DNA of 61,484 nucleotides, counting the filler, from Bdellovibrionota bacterium (lineage in GTDB: Bacteria; Bdellovibrionota; Bdellovibrionia; Bdellovibrionales; JAEYZS01), in assembly GCA_963169515.1 (NCBI GenBank). It is 6 parts of 6 records of this genome, joined end to end, with 100 filler letters (N's around TTAATTAATTAA, not from the genome) between each part and the next. Parts side by side here need not be neighbours in the genome. Positions count along the whole stretch, not along the records: positions 1 to 13,561 come from CAUJEF010000119.1; positions 13,662 to 22,611 come from CAUJEF010000121.1; 4 more parts are not named here. One strand, given 5' to 3'. Below are positions 10,015-17,753 of the stretch, piece after piece (position 1 is the first letter of the stretch; the number at the start of each line of letters is the position of its first letter). The notes beneath the pieces were generated by a model. The model ran no database searches. It was not told the DNA's origin and was given only the letters and a program-made list of their open reading frames with translations. The translations under genes were made by a program, and so were the position numbers.

Positions 10015-10107
10015 AGGTACGCCGTTCCCTTTCATGAAACAATGCAAAAAAACGTCCATTTATTGGACGTTTTTTTGCATTGTTTCATGAAAGGGAACGG
10101 CGTACCT
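10015..10107. repeat. Long palindromic element, copy 3 (perfect 44-bp stem)
   Basis: AGGTACGCCGTTCCCTTTCATGAAACAATGCAAAAAAACGTCCA-TTTAT-exact reverse complement. Confidence 0.97.
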
Positions 10108-12799
10108 AGTTGGATTCGCGTGAGAAGAAGCGGAGCCAATTTTCACGTGAACGGAAGAATACTGATGGATACCCGTCATCGTTAATTACAAGCGCAGGAA
10201 ATTGCCCCCCTAAGCTTGTGTATGCCCCGCCTGACGTATCAGTATCAATATACTCATGCGTCCATGTGCCACTTGAGCGTGTCGACAACTGCAACGCTTG
10301 GTAAGTCATACTGTAGAATGCTGCATACACAGTGCCAGAAGAATTCACTCCAATAGACGGAATCATACCATCTGTCGCTGTGGCAGGACCAGGAGCTGCA
10401 ATCTCTTCAGCCGAAAATGCTGAGGCACCGGTTGTAACCGCAGTCGCAATGTCAGCCGATGTGTAAACATAACGATAACGTGTTTGCGTAGAATCCAAAT
10501 GCACAAGATTCAACTTGTCTCCAGAACCTATCGCCATATCGATACCGGTACCACGAGTATTTCCACTCGCATCCAGATTTAAACACGTCCACGTATAGGT
10601 TGCGCTTGTGATTGCCTCTGTTGCATAAGCAAGCCATAAAGCACCATCACGTTGATAAGCAATAACCGGACGACCTGTTGAATCAAATCGCACTCGCGAA
10701 TACTTACCAGCGTCTGACGTGGTTGAACAGCCTGTGCCCGTTGCACCCGTCGTTCCGTCAACTACAAAGTATCTCCATCCTGAAGATGGATAGTATTTAT
10801 AAAAACGAAGTGCAGTATTTGCACCAGTCGAATCATAAACTGACACCCCAACCCCACCTGTGCCGTAAGTTGCAACACTTGTGTAACCTACGGATGTGAT
10901 TGTTGCTAAATCATTTAATGTTTCAAACTGCCAGCTTGCACCATCATTACTTGTGCGAGCAACAAACACGTTGAGCTCGGCTGCAAGCATATTGATACCT
11001 GCAATAACTGGTTGGCTTGCGCTATTAAACGCAATCGACGGATGCATACCAGGTGCAGCCGTAGCTCCCGTTGGGTCTGCATAATTGATTACGTTTCTTT
11101 CACCAAAGAACGGATCCAAATCTGATCCGCCTTTCATTGTATAAAAAGTTTTTGTTTCCGAATTCGCAGCATCTTGATAGGCATATACTGCACCCATTTT
11201 TCCACTAGAGGTGCTTGCTGCCGAAAGAACTGGTATCGCAGTAGACGGGAAAACTGTCACCAAGTTATCAACAATCACATTTGGGACAGCAAGGTTCATC
11301 GCTGCGCCTAAATCATCAGGGTCAAGGAACGCAAGCTTTATGTCGTTACCTGTCGCTGTTGCGGCAGCGCCAGGTAATTTTGCATAAGACATATAGAAAA
11401 TATCATTTGTAGTGTCATAGACTGAATCCACACCTTCCGAAGAAACAGTCGTTGTTTCAACGTTCGTCAATAGGTTTGTCCAATTCGTACCATCATAGCC
11501 CGTCATCTGAACTGTTGTGGTTGAATCAAGCAATGCCATCAACCAACGATCAGCCGTTTTATATGCCATTTTGAAACCATTTAGACCACCACTTGAAGCG
11601 TCGATCGTCGCAAGCGCTCCCCACGAACCCGCAGTTGCGGGCTGTGCCGTTGCGCAATCATTGACAGCTTTTGCAGCAAGCAGTGTATTAGCAGGTGTTG
11701 CGGTTGCATACCATGCAAGAACGGGTTTATCGTCTGCTTCATTGATAATCACATCTGAACGGATACCTTGGTTACCTGCTGCTGTTATACCTGCGCTGTA
11801 ACATGCTCCCGCGCAACCTGAAATTAAGTTCGTATCTGTTATTGCACCACCCAAACCGCTCGCACCAACCGAACGCTGAAAATAAGCAGGTTGAGAATTG
11901 GCGGCATTTGTTCCAAGAGCATGCGTACCGACCAAGTACTCGGTTCCACCAACTGAACACATCGCAAGACCAATTTGGTTTTGGTTGATACTGAGTGCCG
12001 TATAAGTTCCCGTACCCGTTACAATTGCAGGACCATTTGTTTCAGTCCAAGAGCCTGCCGAATTTCTAAAAAGATGTTTTAAATACGAGTTATTTAACGG
12101 AGTTTGCGCGTACCACGCATACATAATGTGCGGCCGATCTGCGGAATCAAGTACCAAATTGATAGCTTTGATTGGATCCACAGTCGCCGCAAATGCGACG
12201 TTTGTAGCGCCCGCCGCCGCACTGTAACTTGCAGCCGTAGACAGCGACCAAACGCCCGCTGTTGAACGTTCTGCTACTTTAACATATTTATAAACAGCAG
12301 CGGCAGCCGTTGTGCTCGCACCATAGATATAAGCAATGATCGGCGTGCCATTAGACTTAAATTTAAGTGAAAGTATATTCGCACGCGGGCCATTGGCGTT
12401 TGTTGGGGCCCCAACACACGTTGAGCCTACTGCACCACATGCTGCTGTGCCGTAGTTTAAATCTACGACTTCTATATTCCACACACCGTTTGCATCCATG
12501 TAAGCATATTTCAATGCTCCTAAGGCTGTCGTTCCCGTCGCATGATTTTTGTCATAGTAAACAACGGCTGGCAGATGCGTTACCGGGTTGAGCCCCATAT
12601 TGTTGTAACCACCCGTCAAGTTTTGGAAAGACATCGATGGACCAAAAGAGATAGTTTCTTTCACATCAGTCGTGGATGAACCAGCCGCTCCGCCTGATGA
12701 GGAAAAATCCGTTCCTAATTCACCGCCGCCAGAGCAACCAAAAAGGGCTGTCGCCAGAAGCAGAACTGCCAATGCAGTAGTTAATTTATTACTTAGCAC
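10106..12799 (-). CDS. Large Ala/Gly/Thr-rich lipoprotein, probable beta-propeller repeats
   Basis: AGGAGG + GTG start, lipobox LFGC, recurrent D...G.Y/F..I/L.....G.P.I.Y blade-like motifs. Confidence 0.8.
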   Translation of the reverse strand: MLSNKLTTALAVLLLATALFGCSGGGELGTDFSSSGGAAGSSTTDVKETISFGPSMSFQNLTGGYNNMGLNPVTHLPAVVYYDKNHATGTTALGALKYAYMDANGVWNIEVVDLNYGTAACGAVGSTCVGAPTNANGPRANILSLKFKSNGTPIIAYIYGASTTAAAAVYKYVKVAERSTAGVWSLSTAASYSAAAGATNVAFAATVDPIKAINLVLDSADRPHIMYAWYAQTPLNNSYLKHLFRNSAGSWTETNGPAIVTGTGTYTALSINQNQIGLAMCSVGGTEYLVGTHALGTNAANSQPAYFQRSVGASGLGGAITDTNLISGCAGACYSAGITAAGNQGIRSDVIINEADDKPVLAWYATATPANTLLAAKAVNDCATAQPATAGSWGALATIDASSGGLNGFKMAYKTADRWLMALLDSTTTVQMTGYDGTNWTNLLTNVETTTVSSEGVDSVYDTTNDIFYMSYAKLPGAAATATGNDIKLAFLDPDDLGAAMNLAVPNVIVDNLVTVFPSTAIPVLSAASTSSGKMGAVYAYQDAANSETKTFYTMKGGSDLDPFFGERNVINYADPTGATAAPGMHPSIAFNSASQPVIAGINMLAAELNVFVARTSNDGASWQFETLNDLATITSVGYTSVATYGTGGVGVSVYDSTGANTALRFYKYYPSSGWRYFVVDGTTGATGTGCSTTSDAGKYSRVRFDSTGRPVIAYQRDGALWLAYATEAITSATYTWTCLNLDASGNTRGTGIDMAIGSGDKLNLVHLDSTQTRYRYVYTSADIATAVTTGASAFSAEEIAAPGPATATDGMIPSIGVNSSGTVYAAFYSMTYQALQLSTRSSGTWTHEYIDTDTSGGAYTSLGGQFPALVINDDGYPSVFFRSRENWLRFFSRESN

Positions 12800-12808
12800 G
12801 GTAACCTC

Positions 12809-13561
12809 CTAAAATCGGAATCGTAATTCAAACGGTATAGCGTAACTCATTCCAGTTTCCGCTATGTCTGTACCACGCGTTCCGGCTCCTTTATATTTCA
12901 TGTAATCAAAATTAAAATTAAAACCGACGACTAAATCCAATAATTTTGTGTATGGAAACACCAGCCGCAAATTAACCTCTGGCATAATACCCATATTGTA
13001 TCGACCAGACGTCACATCCGGTTCATCCATATAAAACGGAAGATTTAAAAATAAATCTGCTTCCCAATTAAATATTGATGACATCTTGCCGGACGAACCC
13101 ACCGCAAGCGTTGGACCGATAAATTTCTGATCAACAAGAACAGGTTGGGACAGCGTCTCACTTAATTTCTTTGTATAATAATAAGCGCCAATGCCCACGT
13201 AAAAATTTGAATGAGTAATACGAAATTTTGTCAGGAAACTATACATATCTTTGTTGTATTTAAACAAATCCGGCGTAAAACTTGGAAGATCCCGATACTC
13301 GGCAGAGGTATGCTTGTATCGAAGATGGTAAGAATAAGCCGAGTCCTTATTCCTCCAATTTAAAGCCGTTGAATAAAAAATATTTGTCGATGGATCAAGG
13401 CTTGTCGTCGATCCACCCGACCCGCTGATGGAATTTGAATCAAATGACGGGCCAGCAGTTAGATACCAATTAAACCCCTCGTAGGCCAAGCTGTCATTTG
13501 CAAAATCCGCGTCCAACACCTGATCTTCAAGCGGATTGCCTTCACCAGGAATAATTTCCTG
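12809..13561 (-). CDS. Outer-membrane beta-barrel protein (5' truncated by linker)
   Basis: Frame open to the gap; amphipathic strands; C-terminal ELRFRF. Confidence 0.65.
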   Translation of the reverse strand, partial: QEIIPGEGNPLEDQVLDADFANDSLAYEGFNWYLTAGPSFDSNSISGSGGSTTSLDPSTNIFYSTALNWRNKDSAYSYHLRYKHTSAEYRDLPSFTPDLFKYNKDMYSFLTKFRITHSNFYVGIGAYYYTKKLSETLSQPVLVDQKFIGPTLAVGSSGKMSSIFNWEADLFLNLPFYMDEPDVTSGRYNMGIMPEVNLRLVFPYTKLLDLVVGFNFNFDYMKYKGAGTRGTDIAETGMSYAIPFELRFRF

Positions 13562-13661
13562 NNNNNNNNNNNNNNNNNNNNNNNNNNNNNNNNNNNNNNN
13601 NNNNNTTAATTAATTAANNNNNNNNNNNNNNNNNNNNNNNNNNNNNNNNNNNNNNNNNNNN
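13562..13661. other. Artificial contig linker
   Basis: N-run + TTAATTAATTAA + N-run, 100 nt. Confidence 0.98.
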
Positions 13662-13880
13662 GGACTTGCGGTCGGTGGAGCCTTGGGGACAAATATGATC
13701 ACTCAGTGTGAGGCTGCCTTAGGCGTGGGGAATTGTGCAACTTTTGATACGGCTTCGGTGAGCAATGCCGAACGCTGGTTTATGCGAGGATCTTTGGTCG
13801 AAACAGATGACAAAATTGGGTTGGCAGTGAGAGCGGGTAATACGGCTCTTAATGCAGCGGATCCGCAGTGTCAATTGTAG
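13662..13880 (+). CDS. 3' end of hypothetical protein
   Basis: Frame open from the contig start to TAG 13880; the stop overlaps the next RBS. Confidence 0.55.
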   Translation, partial: GLAVGGALGTNMITQCEAALGVGNCATFDTASVSNAERWFMRGSLVETDDKIGLAVRAGNTALNAADPQCQL

Positions 13881-13887
13881 GAGATTG

Positions 13888-15006
13888 ATGAAATTTATTT
13901 TGAGCTTACTTTTTTTAATGCCTGTTCCATCGTACGGAGTTGAATTATACGAAATTCATCGATCCGTGCGTGCGCTTGGAATGGGGAATGCCTTTACTGC
14001 CGTGGCTCAGGGAAAAGATGCATTGTTTTATAACCCAGCGGGACTTGCTAAAACGACAGATCTAGCATGGACAATATTTGATTTTGGTTTGGGCGTTAAT
14101 GGGCAAGAGGCCTATGATACAATTAATGGTCTTCAGGATCAGGCGACATACGAGGATAAACTTCGTAGCGTATTTGGCAAATCTTTGTGGCTTGGGGGGG
14201 AGGCTATTTCTGCTATTACTGGACCGGGGTTTGGCGCGAGTGTCTATGAGTCTTTCAATCTTTCTGCAGATCTTTCTAACCCGGCGTTACCGACTTTTGA
14301 TTTAGGGTTGCTGAATGATTTTGGTTTTAATGGCGGATTTGGATTTGAACTTATACCCGGGTTTAATGTTGGCGTTGTGATCTCTAGGATTTCTCGATTA
14401 GGTTCAACGGTGCCAATCGGTGTAGAAACCCTGGGTACTGTTGATAGCGATGATCTGTTGAATCAGATCCGCAATCAAGGCGTCGGTTATGGTATGGATT
14501 TGGGGATGAGTATGACAATGCCAACTTCGATGAAGCCAACCTTTGCATTAACGTGGAGAAACGTGGGGCGTACTTCATTCACACAAGATAGTGGTGCGGC
14601 AAGGCCGCCGTCGACTCCGGATGAAATGATTTTAGGTTATTCAATGCTTATTGATTTGCCGGGTTTGGATATTACGCCAGCTGTGGATTATCGATATATG
14701 AATCGATCCGATATCCAGCTTACAAAAAAAGTCCATTTTGGTGTCGAGTTTGCATTTCCGTTTATTCAAGCGCGGGCGGGATTTCACCAGGGGTATTATA
14801 CGCTTGGAGTCGGAGCAAATCTTGGCGTTCTTGATCTGCAGGTTGCAACCTATGGCGTTGAGCTTGGAGAGTATCCGGGGCAGCATGAAGATCGGCGTTA
14901 TTTACTCGAGTTTAAATTTGAACTGGGGCTCGGTGTTGGTGGGGGCAAGGGCGATGGAAGATTGAAAAACGGGGGCTCCAGTAAAAGTTTGAAACAGCGG
15001 CGATAG
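13888..15006 (+). CDS. Outer-membrane beta-barrel (TraF-like/FadL-like)
   Basis: AGGAG RBS, signal peptide, RALGMGNAFTAVA...ALFYNPAGLA plug motif. Confidence 0.8.
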   Translation: MKFILSLLFLMPVPSYGVELYEIHRSVRALGMGNAFTAVAQGKDALFYNPAGLAKTTDLAWTIFDFGLGVNGQEAYDTINGLQDQATYEDKLRSVFGKSLWLGGEAISAITGPGFGASVYESFNLSADLSNPALPTFDLGLLNDFGFNGGFGFELIPGFNVGVVISRISRLGSTVPIGVETLGTVDSDDLLNQIRNQGVGYGMDLGMSMTMPTSMKPTFALTWRNVGRTSFTQDSGAARPPSTPDEMILGYSMLIDLPGLDITPAVDYRYMNRSDIQLTKKVHFGVEFAFPFIQARAGFHQGYYTLGVGANLGVLDLQVATYGVELGEYPGQHEDRRYLLEFKFELGLGVGGGKGDGRLKNGGSSKSLKQRR

Positions 15007-15023
15007 TGTATTAGCTTATTCGG

Positions 15024-17753
15024 ATGCTTAAGTTGCAGCATTTAAGATCCCCGGCCGATTCAAAAAAATATTTTGATACTCTGAATTTAGAGCATACAAC
15101 TTGGGTCGTTTCAGGTTTGGATTCTAAATTAAAATTAAGAGAGGATCTGTTAAAAACTCGACCTGTGATTGCAGATGATACCGTTTTGCGCGTCCATGAA
15201 TTGTGGAAAACCATTTTACGACGTATTCACCCGAAGCTGCGATTTATTTCCCGCGATACCGCGTTGGCCTTTGTTTCTAAAAAACTTGAAAAGTTTCCAG
15301 ATCATTTAAATAAACCAGGCACCCCGGATCTCGTGTTAAATTATATTTCTTATTTGATGCCGATTCTAAGCCACAACACGGGCTTAGAAGCAATGAGAGA
15401 TTATTTTTCAAAAAATAGAACCAGCAAGACCAAGTGGGGACAGTGGTACGCGCTTTCTCAAGATATTTTTTCAGATTTTACAAATGAACATTGTGTTCTT
15501 CTTGATTGGGCGAGTGGATTGTTGGTGAATCAAGGTAATTTAAACAGAGCTTGGAAAAGGAATTTATTTTTCGATTTGAGCGCAAATCTCACGTCGCTTG
15601 AATCAGAGTTAATACTGACTTTGAGTAAATTTGTCGATATTACGGTGCTTGTGCCCAGTCCGCCGTGGGAAGAAAAAAGTGCTCTGACTGCCTACAAAAT
15701 TTTAGATCCTGACTTATTTCAAAAGTATGAGCCAGCGGGGCCTAAAAATGCCCAAGACTATTTAAAGCTTTCCACCCAGTTGGGTGAAGTTAAAGCCGCG
15801 GTGACAACCGTGCGGGGATGGCTCGATAGTGGCCTGAAAACTTCGGAGGTTGCAATTGTTGCCCCGGATATCGGAATTTATTGGACCGCACTGAGTGAGT
15901 TTCTTAATGACGAAGGAATTCCAACACAGCGACCAGTGCGGGCCCCTATAAAAACATTTTCAAATATTCAGAGCTGGCTTTCAAAGATGAAGCTAAATCT
16001 CGCACGGCAGTCACAGATCCTTTCAAGCGATTTAGAGACGTCTTTATATTTCCAGGGTACAAAGGAACCGCTGTTGCCATTTGATTATTTCAAACAAACC
16101 TTTTCAAGAGTTTATGATTGGACGGATCTTAAGAGAGACCGTATAGTTTGGAATCATTTTGCAAGCGCAGAAACAAGTCAGATCGAGATCACAAAAGATG
16201 AATTTGCACGTTGGTGCTCGCAGCTTTGGGAGGGACCGGATACAGTTGTGCTGCAAACTCTTTTGAGTGCATTTTACCAAGAAGCTTTGGATACGACCCG
16301 TCTTCGCGCACGTCAGTGGTTCGATATTTTAGATTCTATTGCTGGACGTAAAGAGGTTGAAGTTTTGCCGGGTTGTAAGGATGGACTTGAATGCCTTGAT
16401 ATTAGCTCTGCAAAGGAAGTTTCCGCAAAAAAAGTATTCGTGCTTGGAATGTCTGAAAACCAATTAAGGACCCAGTTCGCAGTGCACCTGGACGAACAGG
16501 ATATTTTTAATCTTAAGGCTCAATATGGTTTTATTTTGCCACAGCTTGAAAATGTGAATTTGGAATTTGAGGCAAAATGGCTTTTGGAAAATTCTGCCAC
16601 CGAATATACCTTATCGTACGCACAGTCGGACTTCGATGGTAATGCCTTGGCCCCTTCGATAAATTGGTTGCGTGGTGCAGTTTCAAAGTACGGCAATATA
16701 CAGTTGCCATTCGCAAATTTTAAAGATCGAAAGTCAGAATTGTATTTAAATACAGAGGCGTTGAAGTCGGAGAGAAAGTGGACAAATCATCAATTTGTAA
16801 ATATGGAAAAAAGGATTTTGCAAGATATGGGGATAAAGGAATTTGAAAAAATTCAATTTTTCCCAAGGCGCGTATCCCCATCTTCAATTGAAGATTATTT
16901 AAAATGCCCCTTTGTTTTTTCAGCAAAGAAAATTTTGCATCTGACAGATCAACCAGAAATTGATTTGGATATTGATTATATGACTAGTGGGCGGCTTCTT
17001 CATGAAATACTCAATATAGTAGTTAAGGAGCCATTTTCATCCAGCTACAGTGATGAACAACTGTTCGAAATTATAGACCAGGCAAGAAGCTCGATTGGTT
17101 TTAAAATTGGTGAAGAGCAGCTGTGGGGTTCGTATAGAAAAAGATATTTACAGTTTGTTCGGCAGTTCATCGAGTTCGAATATGACTGGAGAAAAAAATT
17201 TCCGAAAACAAATACAAAATTTAAAGAAGCCGTACTTAATGGATACCTGAACCTAGACACAGGGGAATTGAGTTCGAAAGCTTTGCCAAATTCTGTTGAA
17301 TTTAAAGGAAAGCTGGACCGATTGGATTTGAACGATAAAAATCAAGTGGTATTGATTGATTACAAACTTAGCACACAGTCTTTGTCGAATTATAAGAGCT
17401 GGGTATCAAATCACGAACTTCAGCTTGCATTGTATGCTATGGCTATCGAAAAAGGATTGCTTGGCTCTGATTTTTATGAGGTCGTTGGCGCCGTTTATTT
17501 TTCAATAAAGGATCTTGATCGAAACAAAGGTTTTGTTTTGGACGGCGACTTTGGCTTGTTTGAAATAAACTCGCGAAGAAAAAACTACGGCAGTGACAAA
17601 GAAAAAATGGATCTTTTTAAAAACATTGAGGCAGTCACAAAACAAGTGTTGTCTGATATGTCTGCAGGAACTTACGACAGTAAACCCACTGATGTTAAAG
17701 AATGTGAAAATTGCAAATGGAGTAAGATGTGTCGGGCACCTCACCTGAACTAA
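15024..17753 (+). CDS. addB: AddB-like PD-(D/E)xK nuclease with 4Fe-4S staple
   Basis: SPSSIEDYLKCPF, GRLLHEIL, GKLDRLD..LIDYK, QLALY, CENCKWSKMC. Confidence 0.8.
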   Translation: MLKLQHLRSPADSKKYFDTLNLEHTTWVVSGLDSKLKLREDLLKTRPVIADDTVLRVHELWKTILRRIHPKLRFISRDTALAFVSKKLEKFPDHLNKPGTPDLVLNYISYLMPILSHNTGLEAMRDYFSKNRTSKTKWGQWYALSQDIFSDFTNEHCVLLDWASGLLVNQGNLNRAWKRNLFFDLSANLTSLESELILTLSKFVDITVLVPSPPWEEKSALTAYKILDPDLFQKYEPAGPKNAQDYLKLSTQLGEVKAAVTTVRGWLDSGLKTSEVAIVAPDIGIYWTALSEFLNDEGIPTQRPVRAPIKTFSNIQSWLSKMKLNLARQSQILSSDLETSLYFQGTKEPLLPFDYFKQTFSRVYDWTDLKRDRIVWNHFASAETSQIEITKDEFARWCSQLWEGPDTVVLQTLLSAFYQEALDTTRLRARQWFDILDSIAGRKEVEVLPGCKDGLECLDISSAKEVSAKKVFVLGMSENQLRTQFAVHLDEQDIFNLKAQYGFILPQLENVNLEFEAKWLLENSATEYTLSYAQSDFDGNALAPSINWLRGAVSKYGNIQLPFANFKDRKSELYLNTEALKSERKWTNHQFVNMEKRILQDMGIKEFEKIQFFPRRVSPSSIEDYLKCPFVFSAKKILHLTDQPEIDLDIDYMTSGRLLHEILNIVVKEPFSSSYSDEQLFEIIDQARSSIGFKIGEEQLWGSYRKRYLQFVRQFIEFEYDWRKKFPKTNTKFKEAVLNGYLNLDTGELSSKALPNSVEFKGKLDRLDLNDKNQVVLIDYKLSTQSLSNYKSWVSNHELQLALYAMAIEKGLLGSDFYEVVGAVYFSIKDLDRNKGFVLDGDFGLFEINSRRKNYGSDKEKMDLFKNIEAVTKQVLSDMSAGTYDSKPTDVKECENCKWSKMCRAPHLN

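Noticed and set aside
9983..10042. N-terminal extension of the M16 ORF
   Set aside because: It lies partly in repeat copy 3; the signal peptide begins at ATG 9982.
7398..10107. Repeats as a CRISPR array or integron attC sites
   Set aside because: Copies are separated by whole genes, not short spacers; no cas or intI gene; no GTTRRRY/RYYYAAC ends.
13562..13661. TTAATTAATTAA between N-runs, five times
   Set aside because: Identical 100-nt six-frame-stop contig linkers; not biological.
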